Shown: one piece after another, positions 29,549 through 39,832 of the stretch
Layout of the letters: each line of letters starts with the position of its first letter
Numbering within the stretch: the first letter of the stretch is position 1
Assembly: GCA_023132435.1 (NCBI GenBank)
Contig: JAGLYF010000239.1
Span: forward strand, 1 to 58,187
Length of the DNA stretch: 58,187 nt
Direction of reading: 5' to 3'
DNA from: Calditrichia bacterium
GTDB lineage: Bacteria; Calditrichota; Calditrichia; JAJRVZ01
The notes under the pieces: model-generated
Database searches by the model: none
Told to the model about the DNA's origin: nothing
Seen by the model: only the letters and a program-made list of their open reading frames with translations
Made by a program: the position numbers and the translations under genes

Positions 29549-32500
29549 ATGTTAGCATCAATAATTACAAAAATATTTGGTAGTAAACCCGATCGGGATT
29601 TGAAAAAAATAAAACCCATGGTGGGTATAATAAATGAATATTTTGAGGAATATCAATCGCTCTCAGAAGAATCTTTAAAAGCTAAAACTGATGAATTTAA
29701 GCAAAGGCTCCAGGATGGAGAGACTACTGACGATATTTTACCTGAGGCTTTTGCTGTTGTCAAGGAGGCTTGCCGAAGGCATATAGGGAAAAGCTGGAAC
29801 GTTGTTGGCCATCCTCTTGAATGGGATATGGTACCCTATGACGTGCAGTTGATTGGTGGAATTGTATTACACCAGAGTAAGATTGCTGAAATGGCTACCG
29901 GTGAAGGTAAAACGCTGGTCGCTGTACTGCCCACTTATTTAAATGCTTTGGAAGGTAAGGGCGTTCATATCGTTACCGTCAACGACTATCTCGCTCAGCG
30001 CGATACTGAATGGATGGGTGAAATACACAAATACCTGGGTCTAACGGTAGGAATTATTTTAAATGAGATGACACCAGATCAACGGCGTGAAGCCTATAAC
30101 TGTGATATCACCTATGGAACAAATAATGAATTTGGCTTTGATTATCTGCGTGATAATATGGCAGGCTCAGTGGATGATATCGTCCAGATCAGAGGGCATA
30201 ACTATGGCATTATAGACGAGGTCGATAATATCCTTGTTGACGAAGCAAGAACTCCTCTGATAATTTCCGGTCCGGTAAGTGTTTCTACTCATCGATATAA
30301 CGAGATGAAACCACTCGTTGAGAGACTGGTTTCTAAGCAATATAAACTGGTTACTAAACTCATCAGCGAAGGGGAATCTCTGCTTTTAGAAGGTAAAGAA
30401 ATGGAAGCTGGTGAAAAATTTCTGGTTTCGGAAAAAGGAGGTCCCAAACATAAACGTCTTCTGAAAGTTTACCAGGAACCCAGCAATAAAAAACTGGTCA
30501 GAGATGTAGAAAATATTTTTCTACGCGATAAGGGACAGAATAAAGCATCTGAAGAGAAATATTATGGTGAATTATACTATACGATAGACGAAAAAAATCA
30601 TATTATCGATCTGACCGAAAAGGGAAGAGATGAAATAGCTCCTAACGATCCGGAAATGTTTCTCATCCCCGATATGGGGGAAGGAATTGCAAAGATTGAA
30701 AGTGATTCTTCTTTGTCACCGGAAGAAAAAATAGAGAAAAAAGCAGATTTACATCAGACTTTTTCCGAAAGAAGCGAGCGATTACAGAATATATCACAGC
30801 TCCTGCGGGCATTTTCACTATATGAGAAGGATGTTGAATATGTAGTAACCGATGGTAAGGTGCTGATAGTTGATGAGTTTACCGGCCGTCTCATGCACGG
30901 TCGAAGATACAGTGATGGATTACATCAGGCGATCGAGGCAAAAGAGAATGTAAAAATTGAGCGGGAAACTCAAACCCTGGCTACAGTAACTCTACAAAAT
31001 TATTTCCGCATGTATGATAAATTAGCCGGGATGACAGGAACTGCCGAAACAGAGGCCGGTGAATTTTGGGAAATCTATAAGTTGGATGTATTGGTAATCC
31101 CGACAAATGAAGCTATACGCCGAATAGATTATAATGACCTGATCTACCGGACCAAGCGCGAAAAATATAGTGCTGTTATAGATGAAATTGAGAGGATGTA
31201 TAAAAATGGACGGCCGGTTCTTGTTGGTACGATATCTGTTGAAGTTTCTGAAACATTGGGCAGAATGTTGAAAAGAAGGGGGATAAAGCATAATGTGCTT
31301 AATGCCAAATATCATCAACAAGAGGCTGAAATCGTTAAATTTGCCGGTCAACCAGGAGCGGTCACAATAGCCACAAATATGGCTGGACGTGGGACTGACA
31401 TTAAATTAGCCAGACAAATTGTAAAGTGTTCAGAGGGTTGCTATCTAATAAGACCAGAAGCGACTCCTCCTGATGAAATAGATATAAAGCAATGTGAAGC
31501 GAACGTTCCCTGTGGGCTTCATATTATCGGAACAGAACGTCATGAGGCCAGAAGAATTGATCGCCAGTTACGCGGTCGTTCAGGCCGTCAGGGAGATCCA
31601 GGATCATCCCGATTCTTTTTATGTCTTGAAGATGACCTCATGCGTCTATTTGGATCAGACCGAATTGCAAATGTTATGAATCGAATGGGTGCAGAAGAAG
31701 GAGAGGTTATTGTCCATCCTTTGATAACCAAGTCAATTGAAAAAGCGCAAAAAAGAGTTGAAGCACAGAATTTCGCCATAAGAAAGCGGCTGCTCGAATA
31801 TGATAATGTAATGAATCAACAACGTGAAGTGATCTATCATCGCCGGACTGTTGCCCTGAAGGGTGAAGATCCAAAGCAGGATGTTTTAGATACTCTTGAT
31901 GAATTCGTAGAAAATCGTGTAAAGGAATTTATTCAACAAAAATCACATCCGGAAGACTGGGAGATAGATGGATTGCTTGAATCGATTAGTTCTGTTATAC
32001 CTTTAGATATTGTAAGTATCAAAAATAAAGTTTATTCTTTGGATCGTGATGAATTAATAGAACTAATCAAGTCGATGGCTCTTGAAATATATGATTTGAA
32101 GGAGCATCGGATTGGTTCTGAAAGAATGCGTGTTTTTGAAAGGTTTCTTGTTCTCAGGATTATTGATGATGAGTGGAAAGATCACCTCTATGAAATGGAT
32201 ATGCTTAAAGAAGGTATCCATCTCAGAGCATATGGTCAAAAAGATCCTCTTATGGAGTATAAACGAGAAGCCTACCACATGTTTGAAAGTCTTATTGACA
32301 GAATAAATGAAAAGACATTAAATATTCTATGGAAATTTCAGGTTCAGGAAGAACCGCAAACAGCTCGTCGTAATTTCCCGACACAGCGCATGCGAACTGT
32401 CCATGAAAATGCCATGAATCTTGGATTTGCCGGCGCGGAAGAATCAGATATTCAGAAGGCATCGCGGGAACGTTCTGAGAAACTACAACCGGTAAAAGTG

Positions 32501-32578
32501 GAACAAAAGGTGGGTAGAAATGAACCCTGTCCATGTGGTAGTGGCAAAAAGTATAAAAAGTGTTGTGGTGCAGTCTAA
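29549..32578 (+). CDS. secA: Preprotein translocase subunit SecA
   Basis: MATGEGKT, DEVD, TNMAGRGTDI, C-terminal CPCGSGKKYKKCC. Confidence 0.99.
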   Translation: MLASIITKIFGSKPDRDLKKIKPMVGIINEYFEEYQSLSEESLKAKTDEFKQRLQDGETTDDILPEAFAVVKEACRRHIGKSWNVVGHPLEWDMVPYDVQLIGGIVLHQSKIAEMATGEGKTLVAVLPTYLNALEGKGVHIVTVNDYLAQRDTEWMGEIHKYLGLTVGIILNEMTPDQRREAYNCDITYGTNNEFGFDYLRDNMAGSVDDIVQIRGHNYGIIDEVDNILVDEARTPLIISGPVSVSTHRYNEMKPLVERLVSKQYKLVTKLISEGESLLLEGKEMEAGEKFLVSEKGGPKHKRLLKVYQEPSNKKLVRDVENIFLRDKGQNKASEEKYYGELYYTIDEKNHIIDLTEKGRDEIAPNDPEMFLIPDMGEGIAKIESDSSLSPEEKIEKKADLHQTFSERSERLQNISQLLRAFSLYEKDVEYVVTDGKVLIVDEFTGRLMHGRRYSDGLHQAIEAKENVKIERETQTLATVTLQNYFRMYDKLAGMTGTAETEAGEFWEIYKLDVLVIPTNEAIRRIDYNDLIYRTKREKYSAVIDEIERMYKNGRPVLVGTISVEVSETLGRMLKRRGIKHNVLNAKYHQQEAEIVKFAGQPGAVTIATNMAGRGTDIKLARQIVKCSEGCYLIRPEATPPDEIDIKQCEANVPCGLHIIGTERHEARRIDRQLRGRSGRQGDPGSSRFFLCLEDDLMRLFGSDRIANVMNRMGAEEGEVIVHPLITKSIEKAQKRVEAQNFAIRKRLLEYDNVMNQQREVIYHRRTVALKGEDPKQDVLDTLDEFVENRVKEFIQQKSHPEDWEIDGLLESISSVIPLDIVSIKNKVYSLDRDELIELIKSMALEIYDLKEHRIGSERMRVFERFLVLRIIDDEWKDHLYEMDMLKEGIHLRAYGQKDPLMEYKREAYHMFESLIDRINEKTLNILWKFQVQEEPQTARRNFPTQRMRTVHENAMNLGFAGAEESDIQKASRERSEKLQPVKVEQKVGRNEPCPCGSGKKYKKCCGAV

Positions 32579-32584
32579 AATCGT

Positions 32585-33613
32585 TTAATATTTTTCAAGC
32601 TCGTTATTAACCACATTTAGCATTATTGCCTTCTCGCGCATTGGTAAGAATGCGCTCTTAAATCCTGCTACAATAATCGATTTTAGATCATTTATATTCA
32701 GATTGGCATATTCTGCTGCGAGGCTTAATTCTCTTGTAATGGTTGTATTAGAAATCATCCGATTATCTGTATTGATTGTTATTCTTAATCCAAAATCATA
32801 ATAAAATTTTAAGGGATGTTTTTCATAAGAAGGAGCAACCTTGGTTTGTATATTGCTCGTAAGACATATCTCCATGGGAATACGATGATCATTAACATAA
32901 TTAAGTAAATCGCCGTCCTCTAATAAGCGTGTACCATGGCCTATTCTGTGCGCTCCACAATAATGCAAGGCCTGGTGGATACTTTCCGGTCCATAGGCTT
33001 CGCCTGCATGGGCAGTCGTATTAATATTGTTATTCAGAATACGATAAAAAGCTTCACGATGATGTTTCGCCGGATAACTTTCTTCAGTACCGGCCAGGTC
33101 AAATCCAACAACACCACGGTTTTTATATGCAACCGCTAGATCAGCCAGAGTAATTGAAGATTCAGGAGAGATATTCCTCATTCCACATACGATAACACCC
33201 GTCTTAATTTCATATTTTTTTTCTGCTTTTCGTAATCCAGAAAGAACGGCATCAATAATTATTGGTAATTTCATGCCTTTTTTGGTATGTAGTATTGGCG
33301 AATACCTAACTTCCATATACCAAATATTTTCAGCAGCAGCATCTTCAGCCAGTTCGTAAGCAACACGATAAAGAGCTTCTTCCTCTTGCAATACCGATAG
33401 AACGATATCGAAAGGACGTAAATAATCCACGAGATTTTTACATTTTAGACCAGGAACAAGTATTTTTTTTAAATCCTTGTCATTGGAGGCCGGTAGTTTT
33501 ACATTTTGTTTCTTTGCCAATTCGATGAGCGTGGCCATTCGGACAGAACCATCAAGATGGACATGAAGGTCTGTTTTGGGCATTGCCTTAATTATTTTTT
33601 TGTCAATTTCCAT
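32585..33613 (-). CDS. add: Adenosine deaminase
   Basis: PKTDLHVHLDGS, HAGE, RIGHG, NTDN. Confidence 0.92.
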   Translation of the reverse strand: MEIDKKIIKAMPKTDLHVHLDGSVRMATLIELAKKQNVKLPASNDKDLKKILVPGLKCKNLVDYLRPFDIVLSVLQEEEALYRVAYELAEDAAAENIWYMEVRYSPILHTKKGMKLPIIIDAVLSGLRKAEKKYEIKTGVIVCGMRNISPESSITLADLAVAYKNRGVVGFDLAGTEESYPAKHHREAFYRILNNNINTTAHAGEAYGPESIHQALHYCGAHRIGHGTRLLEDGDLLNYVNDHRIPMEICLTSNIQTKVAPSYEKHPLKFYYDFGLRITINTDNRMISNTTITRELSLAAEYANLNINDLKSIIVAGFKSAFLPMREKAIMLNVVNNELEKY

Positions 33614-33625
33614 TAATCATTTATC

Positions 33626-34483
33626 TCAGAAATCTGAAGAATCTTCATCGATTGTCTGAAGCGAATCTAAAATTGAAGGCTCTTCAGCGTCATCATCAGG
33701 AAGTTCGATTTCCCCTGGTTTATCCTCTGCTACCGGGGTTAATGTCGCCGGCACAGTTTCAGCAGGGGGCGGGGGAGGGGTTTCATCTTCAATTGTGACA
33801 GGTTCCTCTGTCCCTGGTATTGCGGTAGTGGTGGTTGCAGTCGGCAAAGGCAGTTCATCGGTATTTGTTGGATCTGCTAATTTTGTTCTTGCTAATGTAC
33901 TGTATGGTGATTCCGGATAGGTGGTGATTAGCTCCTGGTAAGCTTTACTGGCAACTTCAATATCATTAAGTTTGGCATGCATCAACCCCATTCTATAGAG
34001 AGCATTGGCTTTTGTGCCTCGATCATCACTATTAGGGTAAAACACAGCTTTTTTATAATAATCGGCAGCGTTAGTGAAATCGAGAGAGTCTATTGTTACC
34101 GTTCCGGGATTCCATTTAGCAGAATTCTCGTAAAACTCTCCGATTTGCATATAGATTGATGGTACCTTTTCCGGAATAATATTCTCTTTCAAAACACGGA
34201 GTAAAAGATCAAATTGATCTTCATACTTTTCCTGAGCACCCAGCGTTTTCGTAATTAGTAACTGGGCATCAATATGAAGATCAGACGTGGGAAAATAATC
34301 CAACATGAGTTGCGCTAATTTTATTGAGTCATCATATTTTCCATTTTCGTATGCGATCTCACCTTTTTGGAGTAATGTTTCAGGGGTTTCCTCGTCAAGT
34401 ACAATCTCATCCTTACTACCACCACATCCTATAAATGCAATGATTAGTATCATGTAAAGGAAAATCTTTAAATAACAGTTCAT
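33626..34483 (-). CDS. TPR lipoprotein (BamD/CpoB-like) with Pro/Thr-rich acidic tail
   Basis: Lipobox FIGC, TPR repeats (YPESPYS). Confidence 0.75.
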   Translation of the reverse strand: MNCYLKIFLYMILIIAFIGCGGSKDEIVLDEETPETLLQKGEIAYENGKYDDSIKLAQLMLDYFPTSDLHIDAQLLITKTLGAQEKYEDQFDLLLRVLKENIIPEKVPSIYMQIGEFYENSAKWNPGTVTIDSLDFTNAADYYKKAVFYPNSDDRGTKANALYRMGLMHAKLNDIEVASKAYQELITTYPESPYSTLARTKLADPTNTDELPLPTATTTTAIPGTEEPVTIEDETPPPPPAETVPATLTPVAEDKPGEIELPDDDAEEPSILDSLQTIDEDSSDF

Positions 34484-34505
34484 TATTATATCCTCCTGGA
34501 GGAAT

Positions 34506-35819
34506 TTAATGTATAAAATTCTGAACTTCCTGATTTGAATTCAGAATAATTTCATTTATATCGTAGGCAGACAATGTCCGATCCTGCATTACCCACTTCC
34601 CATCAATCATCAAATGATTTACACCTGAAGAATTTGTAGAATATACGACTTTAGAGTATATATTTTCAAAAGGAATTGAACGAATATCATTTAATTTACA
34701 AAATACAAGATCTGCCTTTTTTCCTATTTCAATGCTGCCAATCTGATCTTCAAGACCAAGCGCCTTTGCTCCTTCAATTGTCGCCATTCTAAAAACAGTC
34801 TCTGAACTCATCACAGTAGGCCCGTTTTTTGGTTTTTGTATGAGTGCCGCCAGTCTCATTTCATTGAAAATATCCATGTTATTGTTGCAAGGAGCCCCAT
34901 CCGCGCCTAATGATATTGAAATGCCTCTTTCCAGATATTCGGGAATGGGAGCAATACCAGAACCCAATTTTAAATTTGCACTGGGACAATGAAGGACCTT
35001 TATACTGTTTTGTTCCAATATATCCTTTTCTTTGTCATCAAGCCATATACAATGTGCAAGACATACCTCAGGCCCGACAATTCCTAATTTTTCGAATACG
35101 TTGATATTTCTTGCGCCAAATGTTTGTTCAACCAATCGTGTTTCTTCTATATTCTCTGCGGCGTGAGAATGAAAATGGACGCCATATTCTTTAGACAAAC
35201 GGTATGTTTGAGATAATAATTCCTGAGTACAGGATAAGACAAATCTTGGGGCAAAAGCATATTTTATGCGCCCCTCCGCGCTATCATGCCACTTCTCCAG
35301 TAATTTAAGGCTTCCATCAATAGATTCCGTGGTTGTTTCTTGAAGACTATCAGGAATATCACCCCAATCCATCATGGTCTTTCCGCAAATTGCCCGTATC
35401 CCGCTATGTTCGATTTCCTCGAAAACAGTCTGCATATGGTTTACTGTACCCATGTCCATGATAGTAGAGGTGCCTCCGAGAAGCAATTCCGCGATACCTA
35501 ATTGCGCGCTTGTTCTCAATGAATTTTCAGTGTGCTGACCCTCCAACGGCCATATCTTTTTTTTTAACCAGTCCAATAGACTCAAATCGTCCGCCAGATT
35601 ACGAAATAAAGCCTGGCTAAGATGAACATGGGTTTGAACAAATCCGGGTGTGATAAAATAATCGCTGGCATCAAAGGTAGTGGCATGGGGATCATTGAGA
35701 TCCGTTCCAATATCCGCAATTCTCGAATCCTTTACCAGTATATCACCCGGAAAGACATCAGATGACTCATTAACGGTGACAATTAGTCCTTTCTTTATCA
35801 AGATTGGTGTGGAAGGCAT
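34506..35819 (-). CDS. Amidohydrolase, 5'-deoxyadenosine/MTA-SAH deaminase family
   Basis: PGFVQTHVH, HAAE, HCPSANLKLGSG, LGADG. Confidence 0.88.
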   Translation of the reverse strand: MPSTPILIKKGLIVTVNESSDVFPGDILVKDSRIADIGTDLNDPHATTFDASDYFITPGFVQTHVHLSQALFRNLADDLSLLDWLKKKIWPLEGQHTENSLRTSAQLGIAELLLGGTSTIMDMGTVNHMQTVFEEIEHSGIRAICGKTMMDWGDIPDSLQETTTESIDGSLKLLEKWHDSAEGRIKYAFAPRFVLSCTQELLSQTYRLSKEYGVHFHSHAAENIEETRLVEQTFGARNINVFEKLGIVGPEVCLAHCIWLDDKEKDILEQNSIKVLHCPSANLKLGSGIAPIPEYLERGISISLGADGAPCNNNMDIFNEMRLAALIQKPKNGPTVMSSETVFRMATIEGAKALGLEDQIGSIEIGKKADLVFCKLNDIRSIPFENIYSKVVYSTNSSGVNHLMIDGKWVMQDRTLSAYDINEIILNSNQEVQNFIH

Positions 35820-36073
35820 TATCGGCTCTAATTTAATATAATTGATTTATATAAACCTGATGCTTGAAATTTAATCGCAATAAAAATAAAGAGTTAAATA
35901 TTATTAATCGGATTATTTATGTAAAAGTTTAAACAGATTTTAATTTTTCTTGCCTAAAATACAAAAAAACAAGAGAATAGCAAATAAAAATCAGTCAAAA
36001 TTATCTGTAAATTTTATCATATATTTCATAAATTACATAATTATCTAATTTTATGATTATCGAGGAGTCCGGA

Positions 36074-37354
36074 ATGTTTCCTGAAATTCGAAATTTTGAG
36101 TCAATTTTCTATAAAATTTATGGTAAAAAAAAGTCTGTCATCAAAAAGCAGATTGAGCGCTATAATAATTTATTAGGAGGATTCAGTCAACGATTTAGTG
36201 GATCAGATATTCATATCTTTAGCACACCGGGGAGGACAGAAATTGGCGGAAATCACACAGATCACAACCTTGGTCGGGTGTTGGCAGCAAGCGTAAATCT
36301 TGACTCTGTTGCTGCAGTTGCGCTCAATGATTCGAATTCTGTGAATCTATATTCTGAAGGGTATGATCAACCTTTTGTTGTGGATTTGGGGAATCTGGAG
36401 ACCAATTCAGCGGAAATGGGTACAACTTCTGCACTTATACGGGGAATCGCTGCTCGTTTTAAAGAATTAAACCACAATTTTGGGGGATTTGATGCCTATT
36501 GTATAAGTGATATTCTACCTGGATCCGGATTAAGTTCCTCAGCTTCTATCGAAGTCCTGATCGGTACCATATTTAATTTCATGTTTAATCAGGGGCAGAT
36601 TTCCCCTCAAAACATAGCGATAATTGGTCAGTATGCTGAAAACGAATATTTTGGTAAACCCTGTGGTTTGATGGATCAGATGGCTTGTGCTGTCGGTGGA
36701 ATTGTCAGTATTGATTTTGAGGATCCCTTAACTCCGCAGGTGACGAAAGTAAATTTCGATTTCAATGCTCATAATTATAATTTGTTGGTGGTCGATACGG
36801 GGGGGAGTCATGCTGATTTAACGGATGAATACGCGATTATACCAGAAGAAATGAAATCTGTGGCAAAATTATTCGATCTGGAATATTGCCGGGAGTTGTC
36901 TTCTGATATATTTTTCTCCAAAATAAAGGAACTACGCATAAAAGTTGGTGATCGGGCCATTCTAAGGGTATTACACTTTTTGGGAGATAATGACAGAGTT
37001 GTACATCAGGTAAATGCTCTTGAAAAAGGTGATTTTCAGCAATTTCTTTCTCTTGTAAATGAATCTGGTAATTCCTCTTTTAAATGGCTTCAGAATGTCC
37101 ATTCAGAAAAAAATACCCGGGAGCAGGGTGTCTCATTGGCTCTGGCTCTGACGGAAAAATATATTTCTGAAATAAAAGAAGGAGCTACCCGCATTCACGG
37201 AGGTGGTTTTGCCGGTACAATTCAGGCTTTTTTACCAGGCGATGCTGTTACCGGTTATGTTAAATTAATTGAGAATGTTTTTGGCCAGGGAAAAGTACTT
37301 GTCCTGAATATTCGACCACATGGTACAATGTATTTGAACCAGTTTTATGAATAA
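36074..37354 (+). CDS. galK: Galactokinase (GHMP kinase)
   Basis: PGRTEIGGNHTDH, PGSGLSSSAS, CGLMDQ, HGGGFAG; start at ATG after GAGGAG. Confidence 0.88.
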   Translation: MFPEIRNFESIFYKIYGKKKSVIKKQIERYNNLLGGFSQRFSGSDIHIFSTPGRTEIGGNHTDHNLGRVLAASVNLDSVAAVALNDSNSVNLYSEGYDQPFVVDLGNLETNSAEMGTTSALIRGIAARFKELNHNFGGFDAYCISDILPGSGLSSSASIEVLIGTIFNFMFNQGQISPQNIAIIGQYAENEYFGKPCGLMDQMACAVGGIVSIDFEDPLTPQVTKVNFDFNAHNYNLLVVDTGGSHADLTDEYAIIPEEMKSVAKLFDLEYCRELSSDIFFSKIKELRIKVGDRAILRVLHFLGDNDRVVHQVNALEKGDFQQFLSLVNESGNSSFKWLQNVHSEKNTREQGVSLALALTEKYISEIKEGATRIHGGGFAGTIQAFLPGDAVTGYVKLIENVFGQGKVLVLNIRPHGTMYLNQFYE

Positions 37355-37399
37355 AGAACGATTATATTGAAAAAGAGTATAAAGTAACCGCCCGATTCC

Positions 37400-37428
37400 T
37401 TGACAGAAATTTCACAATTAAGTATATT
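37400..37428 (+). promoter_or_regulatory. Putative sigma70 promoter of gap operon
   Basis: TTGACA-17 nt-TATATT. Confidence 0.6.
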
Positions 37429-37477
37429 GCATTTCTATTATTAAATCTTGTGGTAAAAAATATAGAAAAAGGAGAGT

Positions 37478-38482
37478 ATGATGAGTATCCGCGTTGCAAT
37501 AAATGGTTTTGGAAGAATTGGACGCTTAGTATTTAAGGCAGCTCAGTATGATAAAGAAGTTGAAATTATTGCTATAAATGATCTGACCGATGCACATACT
37601 TTGGCTCATTTGTTAAAATATGATTCAGTCCACGGCAGATACCCGGAAAAAGTAGTCTTTGAAGGTGAAAACCTGATTGCAGGTGACCGGAAAGTTAAAG
37701 TTATTGCTGAAAAAGATCCGTCCAAGTTGCCCTGGAATGATATTGGTGTTGATATAGTCGTTGAGGCTACCGGTGTATTCAGAAAAAGGGAACAGCTGGA
37801 AAATCACATTAATCAGGGTGCAAATAAAGTCGTATTGACTGTCCCGGCGAAAGATGAGATTGACAATACAATCGTTCTTGGTGTAAATAATGCTGAATTA
37901 AAAGCTACAGATAAAATTGTTTCAAATGCTTCGTGTACCACCAATTGTCTGGCCCCGGTTGTCAAAGTGTTGCATGATAATTTCGGCCTCGTTAGAGGCT
38001 TTATGACAACAATTCATGGGTACACAAATGATCAACGTCTTCTAGACCTGCCGCATAGTGATTTACGTCGTGCCAGGGCAGCCGCTATCAGTATGATCCC
38101 GACCACCACTGGCGCCGCCCGTGCCGTTGGGAAAGTGATTCCTGAACTTAATGGTAAACTTGATGGTGTGGCGATCAGGGTTCCGGTAAGTGATGGCTCG
38201 ATTATAGATTTAGTAGCGGAAGTAGGAAAAGACGTCTCGGCAGACGATATTAATGCCGCAATGAAGAAAGCGGCTGATGGCGAGATGAAAGGTGTACTTG
38301 AATATTGCGAGGATCCTATTGTGTCAATCGATGTTGTTGGTAATCCTCATTCCAGCGTTTTTGACAGTCTGTCTACCGGTGTAATGGACGGTAATTTTGT
38401 AAAAGTTTTTTCCTGGTACGATAATGAATGGGGTTATTCCTGCCGTACTCTTGATCTGGCCAAATTAATGGCTAAAATTTAA
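37478..38482 (+). CDS. gap: Type I glyceraldehyde-3-phosphate dehydrogenase
   Basis: INGFGRIGR, SNASCTTNCLAP, WYDNEWGYS. Confidence 0.98.
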   Translation: MMSIRVAINGFGRIGRLVFKAAQYDKEVEIIAINDLTDAHTLAHLLKYDSVHGRYPEKVVFEGENLIAGDRKVKVIAEKDPSKLPWNDIGVDIVVEATGVFRKREQLENHINQGANKVVLTVPAKDEIDNTIVLGVNNAELKATDKIVSNASCTTNCLAPVVKVLHDNFGLVRGFMTTIHGYTNDQRLLDLPHSDLRRARAAAISMIPTTTGAARAVGKVIPELNGKLDGVAIRVPVSDGSIIDLVAEVGKDVSADDINAAMKKAADGEMKGVLEYCEDPIVSIDVVGNPHSSVFDSLSTGVMDGNFVKVFSWYDNEWGYSCRTLDLAKLMAKI

Positions 38483-38508
38483 TATTAATATATAGATAAT
38501 ATGTTCAG

Positions 38509-38539
38509 GAGGACTGTTAGGGGGTAGTCCTCTTTTTTT
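38509..38539 (+). terminator. Terminator-like hairpin between gap and pgk
   Basis: GAGGACT...AGTCCTC followed by T7. Confidence 0.55.
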
Positions 38540-38551
38540 ATGGAGGAGATG

Positions 38552-39748
38552 ATGGCAAAGAAAACGATCGATGATGTTGATTTAAAGAACAAAAAAGTGC
38601 TGATGCGGTGCGACTTTAACGTTCCTTTAGATGAAAATGGTAATATAACCGATGATAGAAGAATTACTGCCTCTCTTCCATCGATAAAAAAAGTGTTGAA
38701 TGAGGGAAGTGCTCTAATATTATGCTCCCATTTAGGCCGGCCAAAAGGACAGAAAAAGCCTGAAATGAGCCTGAACCCGGTTGCCAACAAACTCTCTGAG
38801 TTACTTAATCTAGATATAAGACTTACTGAAGATGCAATAGGAAATCAGGCCGCGGAATTGAAGAAGAATTTACAGCCGGGAGAAGCTCTTTTGCTGGAAA
38901 ATCTGAGATTCCATGAGGGTGAAACAAAAAATGATCCCGAATTTGCCAGGGAGTTAGCAGAAGGTTGTGACTTATATGTCAATGATGCATTCGGAACTGC
39001 ACACCGGGCACATGCCTCGACGGAGGGCGTAACCCATTATATCGATCCATCTGTGGCCGGATATTTAATCGAGAAGGAAATTGAATATCTTGACAGTGCG
39101 ATAAACAATCCGAAACGCCCCTTGGTAGCAATTCTGGGAGGAGCAAAGATCTCCGGTAAAATTGATGTTATAAAAAACCTGTTTGATAAAGTCGATTCCC
39201 TGATTATTGGTGGAGGGATGGTCTTTACATTTTTTAAAGCCAAAGGCCTGGAGATTGGAACCTCTCTTCTGGAAGAAGACCGGATTGATATGGCCAAAGA
39301 ATTACTTGAAGAAGCAGAAAGCAGGGGAATTCCAATGCTCCTTCCCGATGATGTCGTTATTGCTGACGCTTTTAATAATAATGCTTCCCGCAAGACGGTT
39401 TCTGTTGAAGAAATACCCTCAGACTGGATGGGTCTCGATATAGGGCCGGTAACAATCGAAAAATTTAATACTGCTATAAAAAAGTCTGATACGATTATCT
39501 GGAACGGGCCGATGGGCGTATTTGAGATGGATAATTTTTCTGTGGGTACACAAAAAATTGCAGAAACACTGGCTGAGGCATCAGTCAGCGGTGCAACCAC
39601 AATTGTTGGAGGAGGAGATTCTGCAGCAGCTATTTCAAAATTTGGCCTGGAAGATAAAATCTCTCATATATCCACAGGTGGTGGTGCTTCATTAGAGTTT
39701 CTTGAGGGTAAAAAACTGCCGGGGATTGAGGCGTTAACTGATAAATAA
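38552..39748 (+). CDS. pgk: Phosphoglycerate kinase
   Basis: DFNVP, SHLGRP, NDAFGTAHRAHAS, STGGGASLE. Confidence 0.98.
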   Translation: MAKKTIDDVDLKNKKVLMRCDFNVPLDENGNITDDRRITASLPSIKKVLNEGSALILCSHLGRPKGQKKPEMSLNPVANKLSELLNLDIRLTEDAIGNQAAELKKNLQPGEALLLENLRFHEGETKNDPEFARELAEGCDLYVNDAFGTAHRAHASTEGVTHYIDPSVAGYLIEKEIEYLDSAINNPKRPLVAILGGAKISGKIDVIKNLFDKVDSLIIGGGMVFTFFKAKGLEIGTSLLEEDRIDMAKELLEEAESRGIPMLLPDDVVIADAFNNNASRKTVSVEEIPSDWMGLDIGPVTIEKFNTAIKKSDTIIWNGPMGVFEMDNFSVGTQKIAETLAEASVSGATTIVGGGDSAAAISKFGLEDKISHISTGGGASLEFLEGKKLPGIEALTDK

Positions 39749-39768
39749 ATGGATCAAAAATGCAAATC

Positions 39769-39796
39769 GTAGGGGCACGGTGCACCGTGCCCCTAC
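39769..39796. repeat. REP element (GTAG-type palindrome)
   Basis: Perfect 28-bp palindrome GTAGGGGCACGGTGCACCGTGCCCCTAC between pgk and tpiA. Confidence 0.8.
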
Positions 39797-39832
39797 ATAT
39801 CATAAATTAGAATAACCAGGAGAATTATTGAG

